Positions 23,441 through 35,641 of a stretch of 63,063 nucleotides of DNA are shown piece after piece. A program made the position numbers and the translations under genes. Each line of letters starts with the position of its first letter. The stretch's first letter is position 1. The notes beneath the pieces were generated by a model, which saw only the letters and a program-made list of their open reading frames with translations, did not search any database and had not been told where the DNA came from. This stretch comes from Dicyema japonicum (Eukaryota > Animalia > Dicyemida): the NCBI GenBank assembly GCA_011109175.1, contig RDEW01000008.1, forward strand, positions 1,295,600 to 1,358,662, given 5' to 3'.

Positions 23441-24743
23441 TCATAAGTGGTAACTTTCAATACCTGCAAGTTTTAATGAAGACTTTTCCAAATAACTGAC
23501 TTTACTGATTTAAGAAAACTTTAAAATTAAAAAATATCTGAGAAGATTTTGGAGACTCGGGAAGTTGACCCAAAAATCTTAATATCTCCAGGAAGATGTT
23601 TTCAAATAACAGAGCGAAGAGGCTATCATGGTTTAATCGTACTGTTTAGATATACCTTGGGACTAAAGGGATAAAATGGCTAATAGTGGGTTTGACGATT
23701 CAAGCTGGTGTAAATCATTTTTTACTAGAAAAGCGGATAGATTGACTAATTCCTGTTTGAATTTATTTGGAAGACTAAAATCAGTTTGTTTTCCGTGTTT
23801 CGGTATGAGAACATATTTTTGAAAGGTGAGAACATGGCTGGAATAGGGATTGTCTCTTAGTGGAGTGAATAGTTCTTTTTGATCTTCTCTTTAGAAATAC
23901 CAGTTTCATTCATTCAAAAAACTGGGGGTAAATAAAAAATTTATCCAGCTTACAAAATAGATTAAAAAGATTTTAAAAATCCACGTATAACCCAAAGAGA
24001 AGTTTAGCGTGCTTGAACCCGGCACAGTAAAGTTTATCTGGCTGATCAGGCCTTATATGAGTGAGCAAGGGAGAGCCTAAAATAACAAGATGTCTACGGA
24101 AGATTTGGCTCGCGATCATGAGGGGCAACTCTCATCGGTAGCTCAATGCTTGAAAGGTCATAATGGAGATGTCTAAAAATTGAATGAGACAGCAGATATC
24201 TCAATGCCACCTAGGATGATGACAAAAATGACAAAAAAGCTAAAAATGTAAAACGGCAGTTTCCTTGGTCCATTTTTATATGAATTAACTATAATGTAGC
24301 TAAGAAATATTACAAGGTATGAGCCTAATCAATATCAGATAGAAGACCTGACGATGCCAATTTTATTTTTTCTCTGATGGAGTCAAATTTTGAATAAACA
24401 AATACAAAGAAGACAGAATTTGCTCTTTAGACAGTATTGAACCTGAAAACTCCCATAAGGAATCTAGCGAATCCAACTGCATAGCTGGACACTTTCACAA
24501 TGGCACTGTCAAGACAAAGCGTCGCAACCTAAAAAATAAACAGCAGCGTACCATCCTTTACTATCCCTGTTACAACAAACTCTTATATAGTCCATCTAAT
24601 CGTATCCCCCTATGAGTCAACTCCCAATCTATGTCCCCGTAGATGGTCCATGGTCGTCAAAGAACATTAGTAAAAACTTAACTACCAGACTAAAAATCAC
24701 CGAATTTAAATATGAAAGCAAATCTAACAAAAACATCAAAAAA

Positions 24744-25290
24744 CTAATCGTCATTTAACAAAAACTCCAGATTCTCAATACAATTTTCAAGGTCCCTTAT
24801 ATTATCATTATTATCGATGAGTTCAAGCGAAATCTAGGTGACCACAATGACAACCTGAGTGGATCTTTCCACCAACTCATTTACTTCATTGTCAGAAGGG
24901 TCGCATTCTCTTGTATATTTGTCGCCTTCTTTATCACACGGGAGCGTCACGTGGTCGGGGATCTTAAAAATTGACGAAATTAAGTCCTTAAGTGAGACAG
25001 AATAGTACAAATGATCGAAAAATGAAGTCGTCCGTAGACTCAATAGATTTGTTGTAGGCATTCTCTAAAGTCAGTCCAGTCCTTCTCGGAAATGGTCTTA
25101 TTAGGTTACTTAGTAAGTACCTCGTTTCTAAGTGGGAGTAAGTTATTTTTCAGGTTATCGAGTTCTTCTATCGTTATTTTAACAACTATGAGGATAAGAA
25201 ATCGAATTTACCTTCTTCTATAAGATCAATGGGGATAAATCCAAAGTACTTATGCCCATATATATTAAAGTTGTCATACAAATCCCGCAT
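24744..25290 (-). CDS. Spliced gene, Mis12-like kinetochore protein (tentative)
   Basis: ATG at 25290: MRDLYDNFNIYGHKYFGFIPIDLIEE. Introns at 25186-25211 (26 nt), one ambiguous intron near 25080-25115, 24987-25008 (22 nt) and 24834-24854 (21 nt) give an open model ending at TAG 24744. It contains DLISSIFKIPDHVTLPCDK. The FGF.P and I..IP....LP.DK motifs are recalled from Mis12-family proteins. Confidence 0.5.
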
Positions 25291-25655
25291 AATGAAAAGA
25301 CAACAAAAGACTATAAAATTAAATAAACTCCCGCTAATTTATTTTAGATATTAATAATTAATTTATAAATAATCCTTACAAATTGTTTATAAGGAATTCG
25401 GATTTATTGCTACTCTTAAAGATTGTGACCAGAAACAATGGGTAAGGTTTTCTGCTTTTCTGGAAGAAACCAGGAAGTGCACTGTTTATTTCATGGGAGC
25501 ACGTACATGTAACGTAAGCATACCCTTCGCCGTCTTCAAAGTGAACACCATGTAGCTTATCATCTTCGAATACCCACAAAGCGTGTTCTCCGTCCCAACC
25601 GGCTATACTTCGACTTTTTCTTCTTCATAGATTTCCTTCACCTCCTTGATCATTA

Positions 25656-25790
<135 letters not shown>

Positions 25791-26065
25791 TTACCAGTTC
25801 TCAAGAGACAAGCCAGGAATACTGCTCGACCTCTCATTTTCTAACTTTTGATTATATCGACAATGGTCCCGCATGCATGAGATATTTAAAAATAGTTACT
25901 TCACGTGTTTGAGTCTGGGCAAAGAGAGCCGGAACAGATTCAATAGCATTTCCCTCAGCGTCCATTATTACTCTCTTAATGCGGCTGTGGAGCGCTACTT
26001 TCTGGGTTTTGACTATGCTTGTAACTTTTTCTCTTTTCATTTTTTAATATCCGTTTAAAGATGAT

Positions 26066-26190
26066 GGTCCCTAGTCAGAATCCCGCTGCTGTACAATTCG
26101 GTTAAAGTTTCACGCATATACGATGCTTTGGCTTGACGAGTGACGCTTTCATCAGTAAACATTTCACTGCAGAACAGAACTGGATCGAAT
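26066..26190 (+). mobile_element. tRNA-derived SINE, partial copy
   Basis: GAATCCCGCTGCTGTACAATTCGGTTAAAGTTTCACGCAT...TTTGGCTTGACGAGTGACGC..TCATCAGTAAACATTTCACTG. Confidence 0.75.
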
Positions 26191-27394
26191 TTTTAAAACT
26201 TTATTAATAATTATTTCTGAAGTCACTAATTCGAATAAACGGTTATGGAAAATATGCCACGTGGCGTCAACGTTAGTGTGGCTTATAATGAAATTTTTTT
26301 GTTCGTTACTCTTGTTCCTTATCTTCCCTTTTGGTCCCAAGGAGCTTGAATTGTTACCGTGCGTCATGTGGTTACCCATTTCTGATAGCGGCAGATATAA
26401 TCCTAAATTATATCCACAAAAGGACCATTATTAAACAACCATTCAGAGGAGTTCTTCCTGGAGGGCCTTCCTTCAAGTCCAAACATGCCGAAGATTGATA
26501 AGGGAGGACGAGATCCCCTGAATTTTTCATTCTGGCTATGACGGTGGTTTTCTAGTTCAATAAATTAAAGTTTAATTTAAGTAATTTATGCATTTTATGG
26601 ACCATAATTCCATAATTTTTCTGCCTGAAGTGATGACGTCCTTCAATTGCAAGTATGTTTAAAAAACACCCTGGAGAAATCCTACTTACGACGGATACGT
26701 GGATTTTATCTCCAAGGAAATCAATAATATCAACACTGCTCTTAATCATGCTCCTAGATTATTTGGAGAGCGATTCCTGAAAATGAACTAACAAAAAACC
26801 GAGTTTTTTACTATCAAACAAAAAAACAAACGTACCATTGAGATATGTAGAAAGAGCAAAAAAAGTCGTGTCTTGCGTGACCTGGAAGATCAACAAAGAA
26901 AGATGTTGTCAAAAATACCACTGAAGAGACTACTTCGACGCTGATAATATACGTGCATGTTTAAAAACCAGTAAAAGAACGCTTTCTTCCAACCGATACT
27001 GCTCTAAAACATGGGAACGTGGTGATTAACTCGAACATGGAAAACAACTAAGGACTCAACAGCCACGAAAAATCGCAATCTATAGAAGAGCGATGAGGAG
27101 TCTAACAGACTGGATCATCCAGGGGATGGCACAAGAAACGGGAATAATATAACTTTTGTATTGCGACTGTTAATTATAATAATTCCGTTATTCCGACTTA
27201 TGGGTTAAAATGGCCGTAGTTGAAATAGCGCTTTCCGTTAATTGTGGACATAACCTCAATTGGTACTCTTGGGTCTTTTTTCTTCCAGCCTCTTGATGAA
27301 ATGACACATTCAGATGAATTCTCTGTATAAAAGAAACGTGAATGCAATGTCGTTGTAGTTTAGATCTTTAAAATAATGGCTATTATATTTCAGA

Positions 27395-27612
27395 CAGCAA
27401 ACTATCTTAGAGACACCATTTTTAGCCTAAACGTATGAATCTTTGATCTAGGTCTTTACTGAACCTACTTTAAAAAAAGAGATTTGGATAGAATCATCAA
27501 TAATACGCTTTGACTTTCATTGAAACTACTTTGAGACACCAATTTTAGCCGAAATATGAACCCTTGATTTAGGCCTTTACTGAACCTACTTTTTAAAGAA
27601 TAATTTGGACCA
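27395..27612. repeat. Imperfect tandem repeat, period 123 bp, about 1.8 copies
   Basis: GAGACACC at 27410 and 27533, each followed by TTTTAGCC...TATGAA...CTTTACTGAACCTACTTT. Confidence 0.75.
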
Positions 27613-28223
27613 CCCATTAGACTCAGTCATTAATAATTACCTCCGACCGTTCGTAGCATATTTACTTAGAGTCACATGTAAATGGATTTGTCGTCATGAT
27701 CAAGTAATTATCGTTAAAGCGACTGGGACGACGATAAAACTCATTTAGATAACGTTATACGAATCACAATTTGGATTCTCAATAAACATAGTGGATTCCC
27801 TTGTTCCAGGAAGAACCGAAGGAATCCGCGTCTATTTCTTCGCATTGATAATTCCAGCATAGAAGTGAAGAGGGAAGTATCCGTTAAACTCCCTAAAAGG
27901 CGTAGAGTCCTCTCATGTAAAAAGCTGAATCGTCCAATGATGACCAAGAAATGCAGAATTTCTTAAGTAAAGTCATATTCTATAGCGGGAACGATGATTT
28001 GTCAGTATAATTTACGTGTACAATTTTCACTACAATCTATTCAGAATAATTTCTTGAGGACATTCCTTGAGTAACTTTTAGTAGCAACTTTCAGTAGTTG
28101 TTGATAAATTATAATTATGTTAATTTTAATTTATTAAAAATTTAATTATTTAGTTTGGTATTATTTTTTTCCAATAACACGTTTTATTTAATAATAAAAT
28201 ATTATTTTTTGGTATTATTAATT

Positions 28224-28543
28224 AGCCGGGTGGCTTAGTGGTTAGGTGTCGGGCTTAAGTGGCTTAGGCTACGGGTTCGAATCTCGCTGCTGTTCACCTG
28301 GTGGAAGGTTCCACGCACCTACGATGCAGAAATGGTTTGACGAGTGACGCCGTCATCAGTGAATACTCACTGCGGAACTGGATTGTCTAGAAAGGACCCA
28401 CACACAAGAAAAAGAAAAAAAGAAGTGAAGATCATTCCTTGGTTCTACGATTAGTTAAAATTAACTGTTCTTTACTTAAATAAAGTGTGTGTCCTGCCTA
28501 TGCGGAGCTATAAAATACTATGGCTCTCGTGAAAAGGCTTTAT
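28224..28543 (+). mobile_element. tRNA-derived SINE, full-length with 11-bp TSD
   Basis: A-box TGGCTTAGTGG, B-box GGTTCGAATC, family core and a (TAT)n tail. TATTATTAATT flanks it at 28213-28223 and 28544-28554. Confidence 0.9.
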
Positions 28544-28778
28544 TATTATTAATTGGACGGAATTTTGTAGTAGCTACGTATCTTTGCTGTGCGAAATCCT
28601 GACCATTCCCTCTGGCTGGACATAAACTATTTCCGAGATACGAGAAGAAACCTTCTCTGTTGTGGAGATTAATCCAGGATTCCAAAACTAACCGCAGAAA
28701 AAAAACTGATATAGACTTCTGGATAACTTTATTAGACGATAACTCTTGTCCTTTGAAATTCGAATTTATGAAAAAAAG

Positions 28779-28952
28779 TGTCAGATGAACGTAAGATCTT
28801 GGTTCGAAGGGGGGAGACATGCCAACTTAGACCGTTTTATGGGAGACACCCCAAACGTTCTAAATTGTCAGATGAACGTAAGATCTTGGTTCGAACGGGG
28901 GAGACATGCCAACTTAGACCGTTTTATGGGAGACACGCCAAACGTTCTAAAT
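28779..28952. repeat. Near-perfect tandem repeat, 2 x 87 bp
   Basis: Units start TGTCAGATGAACGTAAGATCTTGGTTCGAA at 28779 and 28866 and differ at only a few positions. Confidence 0.9.
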
Positions 28953-28961
28953 TAAAATTAG

Positions 28962-29450
28962 TCTTGAATAAATTTTGTTCATCATGAAATGTTCTAGAAT
29001 TACAAAAGGACGCCGGTTATGTGTATAGAAGGTGTTTCATTCCAAGTTAAAAGTAATNCTGGATTGTCTAGAAAGGACACTCACACAATAAATTTTGTTC
29101 ATCATGAAATGTTCTAGAATTACAAAAAGACGTCGGTTATGTGTATAGAAGGTGTTTCATTCAAAGTTAAAAGCAATCTTGAATAAATTTTATGCATCAT
29201 CAAATAATTAGAATTACAAAAGGACTCCGGTTATGTTATAGAAGGTGTTTCCTACCAATTTGAAGTAGTCTGTAGTAACTTTTGTTGATTATAAATGATC
29301 AAGAAACGTAATTAGAGTACAAGTATGTGAATAGAAAGTGTATCCTTCCAATTTGGAAGTAGTCTGGAATAACTTTTTGCTTTATGAAATGATCTAGAGT
29401 GACTAAAGGACACTGGTTTTGTGTATAGATGTTGTTATTTCATGAATACA
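28962..29450. repeat. Degenerating tandem array of ~95-bp units (about 5 copies)
   Basis: Recurrent AATAAATTTTGTTCATCATGAAATGTTCTAGAATTACAAAAGGAC..CGGTTATGTGTATAGAAGGTGTTTC, increasingly diverged rightwards. Interrupted by an N at 29058 plus 30 bp of SINE. Confidence 0.75.
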
Positions 29451-29735
29451 ACTAATCCAGTCACAATGATTCAGATTGTGCTCAGCCTAAACTCTAAAAT
29501 ATGAAAAACCTCGATAGATTTATTCTCTTCCTAACAAAAAAATCTCAATTAGAAATTGCTTGGAATGAATCTTGAATTCTTTATTTTTTCTATTGTTTCT
29601 TAGTCGAGATTCACTAAAAGCACTCAGACATGTTATATTTTTAATTTATAGTTTATCATTATATATAATTTTATAAATATTTGTCGATTTCTAATGAGCT
29701 TATTATTAAAAAATTATTTTTTTGCAATCTGTTAT

Positions 29736-30062
29736 AGCCGGGTGGAATAGTGGTTAGGTGTCGGGCTAAAGTGACTTTAGGTTACGGGTTTGATTCTCGC
29801 TGCTGTTCACCAGGTATAAGGTTCCACGCATCTACGATACCAAAAGGGTTTGACGAGTGATGCCGTCATCAGTGGATACTCACTGCTGAACAGGATTATT
29901 TAGAAAGGACCTACACAAGAAAAATAAAAAAAGAAGGGAAGATCATTCCTTGGTTCTACGATTAGTTAAAATTAACTGTTCTTTACTTAAATAAAGTGTC
30001 TGTCCTGCCTATGCGGAGCTATAAATATTATAACTCTAGTGAAAAGGCTGTTATTATTATTA
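29736..30062 (+). mobile_element. tRNA-derived SINE, full-length
   Basis: Colinear with 28224-28543 from AGCCGGGTGG to the TTATTATTATTA tail. Confidence 0.9.
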
Positions 30063-30134
30063 GCGGCAATTTGGGTGGGTCAGTCCTCATGTGGTTTTTG
30101 TGAGAGATTTTCGCGTAGTATTTTATTAGGGCGT

Positions 30135-31140
30135 TTAGGTCCTTTTGGCTGAATTCGTCATTTCCGGGTGTCCTCTCATCCACCTTCGAGATATTTCGAT
30201 TGTCTTCCAGACTTCAAATGTTGACTGATCACGATTTGATGACGTAAGGACCATCTTCCATTTAGCTCTCTGTATTTTGAGATCATTGGCTTTTATTTCC
30301 TCGTTTAGCACTTTTAGACAGGTTTTTGCTTTGGAGCAACGGATCCCTTTTTTTTGAGACGAATCCTTGACCAGATTCCTTTCGTACTCTTTGTAAACGA
30401 CTTTTTTCCACTGGTAATTTCGCTTTTGATTTTTAGCAGAATAGGTCATGATCACTTCGGGTGTCGTAGATGACGGACCAATTATCGTTGTTGAAAGCTT
30501 TGGTGAACAGAGTGTGATATTTGGGAAGGTTGGGTTGTCAGAGTTCCTTTGAGGTGTTCTCGTGTTTTTTGATGGATCATTGATGATCGTCAGATTGCCA
30601 GACTGCGTCAACAGAAAATTTCTTGTATCTGCAGACTAATTTAACAGCCAGAGAGGCTGTTTGGCATTCAAATCGCTGTATATCACGACTTTGTTCCAAA
30701 TCTCCAGTGCTGATAAGTCAGGCATGGTGTAATGGTTTGGACATGACCCTGAGGCGGAATATACATGTTTACAAAATATAGTCTTCCTTTGTTGTGCTAA
30801 CAGATATTCCGATTGCTTCCGTTTCATCACTCCCCAAAAAATTCTTCGCTTCGAGTGTATGGTCCTCATACTTTATGCCTTTTCTGATTAATATAGTAGT
30901 CCTCCACTTTCATAGTGCGATCGATAGCATGTATTATGCTGTATCGGGAAAAAGGGGCGTAGTATATTTTGCTGATAGCTACGATTCTTGGATGAGCACG
31001 ATGTCAGCATTAAGTTTAACAATCAGAGTATTAAGTTCAATAATTTTGTTTTTTATTCCGTTCACATTCAGTTGTATAACGGAGATTCGGTCCTTTGACT
31101 TGTGTAGGTTGCGAATCCGAGAGCTGTAGCCAGACCAATA
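30135..31140 (-). mobile_element. Decayed LINE APE endonuclease region (paralog of 15240-16260)
   Basis: ISVIQLNVNGIKNKIIELNTLIVKLNADIVLIQES; VVIYSDLNAKQPLW. Confidence 0.75.
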
Positions 31141-31388
31141 AATAATCCATCGACCGGGGGCGACACATGTACCCCCGATGGAAAAGCTAATGGCTCTTTT
31201 TGGAAATGCTTTAGGATCATTTTGAGCGCCTCCAGAGTTGTTGCATCCGGTGAGCCACATGACGCCACGCTAAAAATTAGTCAAAATGGAAAAATTGCAC
31301 AAAAATGACCTACATTAGTTAATTTATTTTTGACGTTAATCTCATTATTTTTTTTAAATATTCCATTTTCGATCGTTCAGTCACAGTC

Positions 31389-31805
31389 ATGAGATATTAA
31401 ATCGTATATTCTGGCTTGTAATTCTATTTGTATTAGTTCTACTTGTATTGAAGATCTCAGAAATATATAAAACTAAAAAAAGGTCCACAGTTGTCTTTTT
31501 AAAGACTAATAAATGTGGGAGCAGTTCAATCGTCAACATTCTCGACCGATATGCTCGTAGTCATAATTGAATAAGCTCTGCAGCTCGTGAATGAAGGAAC
31601 TAATTTGGCAAAAAAACACTATTTTTTAATGCAAAATATGTCCTGTGGAAATGAAACCATTTAATATGTTATTCTTTCACACAAAATTTAACAAAACAAG
31701 TATTCAGGAAATTGTAAAGCCAAATGCATTTTTCTTTACAATTTGAGAAATCCTTATCGTAAATATATTTCATATTATAATTATTACGTAAATCAAAAAA
31801 ACGTG
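31389..31805 (+). pseudogene. GAL3ST: Third, 3'-truncated GAL3ST-like pseudogene copy
   Basis: VFLKTNKCGSSSIVNILDRYARSHN. Frameshifted just after the ATG and ends in the tandem repeat at 31792. Confidence 0.82.
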
Positions 31806-31969
31806 ATAATATCAGAGTTCTTGACCACTTAAGTGATGCGCACGACCAGTAATATCAAAAAATACGTGATATATCAGAGTTCTAAACCACTTAAGTGATG
31901 CGCACGAATGTATCAAAAATACGTGATATATCAGAGTTCTTAAACCACTTAAGTGATGCGCACGAATGT
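31792..31969. repeat. Tandem repeat, 3 x ~58-62 bp
   Basis: ATCAAAAA(A)TACGTGATATATCAGAGTTCT(T)AAACCACTTAAGTGATGCGCACGA, three times. Confidence 0.9.
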
Positions 31970-31999
31970 AGGTCGTGTGATAAACATGTAAGATGGCGA

Positions 32000-33800
32000 C
32001 CTACTTCTCCATATCTATCCAGAAGCATGTAATGGACGAATAGAAGTGGAGGATGGATTTGGCGACAAGCAGTTCTCCCATAGGTTCCTTTCTCGGATTA
32101 ATAAGTTATGACCGCTTGTGCTGGGCTTATCAAAGATTGTAAGGTGGGTTGAATAAATATGTGGCTCACTTCTCTTACTGTCACTTGTCTGATCAAAAGT
32201 TTTCTTTCGTTGCTCCTTTAACAAATAGTTGATCCATATAGACAACTCTATCCAGGTCAATTTTTATTTGACAATCGTAGAAGCGAAAGCTCACTTGCGG
32301 GAGGTCTTACATGTGACATTTTTCTACTTCAATCCTGATATGTTTCTCACTTCTATATATAAATCAAATGTTATAAAGTCTAAATTTAATTTTTTAGGTC
32401 AATTAAGTCCAAAATCTTATTGATTTTTATTTTTTAATTTTTCGGTTATAATACATTTCTATCTTGTTGAGGTCTACCGAGATCACTTAATTAGATGGTT
32501 TAACCCCTTCTTTTTGGTGTATCTTTTTCTTTAACTTTAACAACTTTATTAGCAAGGAAAACTTAAAGAACGAGTTATTTTGGCCTCATCCCCGCAAGTC
32601 CTGCAAACGCTTGGACTCTTCTCTGCGCTCTTAGACCCCACTTATCGTTTATTCTGTTCTGCAACATACGAGTCAATGATGGCATCTCTTTTCAGGTAGT
32701 TTTCCATCCTTTCTTTCTGCTGCATCTCTTAAAGACATTACTAGCAAATTTTTTCCTCATCTAGCTTACAGTTTTGTGAGCCGTCTTTGTGTAGGGCAAT
32801 CTTGATCCCTGCTCTCCTCGATTTTTCAAGAAGCAGTATAATACCATCCTTGCTGTGCTTTGCCTGGAGCGCATGTCGATGTATCAATCAGCTGTACGTT
32901 CAAATCGCATAATTATTACGACGGATTCTATGGGGATACTCTGAACCAGGCAGTTGATAACGTTTTGAGTGGATTCTCAGTCACGATAATCCGTCTATCT
33001 GTGAATACTATATTAATATGAGCCTGACATATCCGGGCATCGTATGGGTCACCAAAAAACGTTTGAAACCACCGTGAAGCTTGATCATGCGATAGGGACC
33101 TTGTTGAACTATATGGAGAGGGAATCAACCTCAATATGATCCTCACTGCTGATCACGGAATGTAAAACACACTAACGGATCCCGGCTTTGTGTTTACGTT
33201 GGACAGAATTGTAGACCCAAAAGACTTCACTTCTACGAATGCTACCAGTTCTCTTTGCTTTGATATACCCAAAGAAAGACTTCTAATCACTAAAATTAGG
33301 AAGAGACCAGGTCGTCTATGACAAATTAAAGGGATCAATCCAAATCTGGAGCTTTACTGGCATGTGGATGTCCCCAAGATTACCACTATTCTAAAAGCAA
33401 CCTATCTCCCCAATTGTGGATGTGTTCCTTTATCATATAATTTAGAACTTGCTGCTTTTTGCTGAAGGTAGAAATGCTTTTAATCTGTTTAGTCGGCCAG
33501 CATGGCTATAATCGACGCGTATCTCAAATGCACCCCATCTCCATTGCAATGGGAAATGTGTTTAAAGAGGATTTTGTTGGTGAGTCGTTTGAATCTATCA
33601 ATATCTTCCCGTTGATATGTAGTATTCTTGGATTTGAATCACCAGGTTAATGGATCATTTTCAAAAATAAACAGATTTTGAAGGGTCATAAAGGTTGGGT
33701 TCATATTTTACTTTTAGAACCTCGCAAGTTCATAAGGGTGCTCAGACTTATCATAATTATCCATAATGGACGTGGTTAATTCAGGATCTCAGATTCCTCT
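32000..33800 (-). mobile_element. Highly decayed non-LTR retrotransposon (tentative)
   Basis: Only scattered motif remnants: IDDLV (RT catalytic-like) near 33315 and CRTCGDE (zinc-knuckle-like) near 32600. Confidence 0.3.
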
Positions 33801-34019
33801 ATCTCTTAGCTGATTTCTCTTTATTCACTCTACTTTGTCTATAATTTTGATAGTCTAGTGTAGTGTTTCTCAACCTTTTGCTTGTATCGGCCCATAAAAA
33901 TTTTCTCCTCTGTAAATAATTTATTGCCCCATAATAACTATAAAGTAATTAATTAAAGATTCACCAGTAAAATAATATTTATAACGCCCGTTTAACTCAA
34001 TCTTCTCATCTTGGACTAA

Positions 34020-34300
34020 CCTCTATTGCCTGTATAGGTGTGTTCACTCGCTGCACAACCCACACTCAGAGACTACCCTAGGTTGACAGTCCATGCCGTC
34101 TTACTTCTCACCTGGCATCGATGCTTCATACCTCTCTTCAATAAGACTAGCGTTTGAATTTAAGCTTTGACAATCTCCTCCACCTTGAGGGCATCCAGGT
34201 AGCCCTTGAAGAATCTGGAAACAATTCCATCCCAGGTTACGACCACAGGATTATTTCGACCTTTGTGAGATGGATAATCTCAAGTTCGTTGGCTACTAGG
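34020..34300 (-). mobile_element. R4/Dong-like element 3' end with UTR
   Basis: YDLVANELEIIHLTKVEII..VVVTWDGIVSRFFKGYLDALKVEEIVKA*IQTLVL. The UTR aligns with 50570-50690. Confidence 0.7.
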
Positions 34301-34499
34301 TCATATATGTGAAAGAAACCGGTGGCCGACGAAAACGTCCAAGTATACTATCCTAGAGACATCGACCACTTAGTAGTTTTGAAAAGTGGATGCTTTATCT
34401 CGGAAGACTTCACTTCTAAAATTTGAGAGTATATTTCGAAAAAACTTTCAGTTTCCAAAATAAAGTTAAAAAAACATATTAAATTATGAAATTGTATAA

Positions 34500-35641
34500 A
34501 CCATGTACAGCATTCGGTGGTGAGACCGATCTTACCACAATAGTTCTGCTATGAAGGGGAGACATCTCTAACACGACGAATTGCATGTAGACATTATTCT
34601 TACCCCCAATTTTACTGATAACAATATCTCTGATTTCAGAATCGCCTCGTCATCAAATTTCTGGGAGAAACAGTAACAGTAAAGATTAGGCATCAAACCC
34701 AGAGCTTAGTCAAGGCCGGTTTGAAAACATCCCCAATGAAGTCAACAGCATCCATGTTGTACGTCAAATGTTCTTTGAGCTCCGGATCGAGTCATAAGTT
34801 CTCATTAAGCCAGTGAGAACACTTAAGATTCAGATCATTTGCAAACACGTGGTCAGACCCCGGATGGAAGAAGGGATAGAAAAGGACCCGATTCCAGCGC
34901 AAACATAAATACAACAGTTCAGGACCGGTTAACTTAATCACGTGTTCATATTCCGTTCAGCCTCGAATTCAAGTAAACTTTGGAAAAATCCATTTTGAAA
35001 GTGACTCCATTCTTCCGAACACACATAACCATTTCATTCTCCCCAGCAATTACCTCCAGGTCCATAGTCCTGAATGTATTGGAGATGTTTTCATTACCAC
35101 TGTGCGACTTTTCGAGAAGAACTTGGCCAACAAATTAGTTGGTCCCGAACCAATGACGTATTGGTAGGGAACAAAGTCATCGTCAATGTTCACGTGAAGA
35201 ATGCCCTGTGATTGTGTGAGGTGCAATGGAGACGCCATAAAAACTACGTAACAAGCCTTCCATGGCGACGTGGTGTAGTCTATTTTCAGCAGCATTTTTA
35301 CTAAGTTTTCCTCAAATTTGAGATGAGACTCTTTATTGTCATTATTTATAAACTTTCTGACAGGGATCGAAATCTCCATAGCACGTGACCAGATGTGGAT
35401 CCAGAATCAGTATCCAGAATAAATCGCATATTTGTTCAAAGGAGGACGGCTTTAGCTTAACAAGAGAGTTTCTCAATTCCTTGGAGAGCTGGCTAACTGA
35501 CTGGTTTAGTAATCAATCCTAGCACGTGGACCTCTCTATCAAAAAATAGAACGGCCAAGTATTGTCGGTGGTGATGTCTTACAATATCAAACATCCTTTC
35601 CGTCGACCTAAAGTTGGTAGAGAACACAGAAACGAGTCCAT
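34500..35641 (-). pseudogene. TRMT5: tRNA (guanine-37-N1)-methyltransferase TRM5 pseudogene
   Basis: GILHVNIDDDFVPYQYVIG, NTFRTMDLEVIAGENEMV..NGVTFKMDFSKVYLNSRL, AGIGSFSIP, VFANDLNLKCSHWL, PNLYCYCFS and VRDVSP, in TRM5 order. Many stops and frameshifts. Confidence 0.85.

Larger units (their letters stand above)
29484..31805 (+). repeat. Segmental duplication copy 2 (paralog at 14558-16927)
   Basis: Same order of flank, APE remnant and sulfotransferase 5' region as copy 1. Confidence 0.9.

Noticed and set aside
28335-28375. Hammerhead ribozyme on the SINE minus strand (CTGATGA present)
   Set aside because: CTGATGA is followed by a stem ending in GTCAAA or GTCAAG, not the required GAAA, and stems I and III with a cleavage triplet cannot be drawn.
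28779-31969. CRISPR-like arrays
   Set aside because: The repeats are head-to-tail tandem units without unique spacers, there are no cas genes, and the context is eukaryotic.
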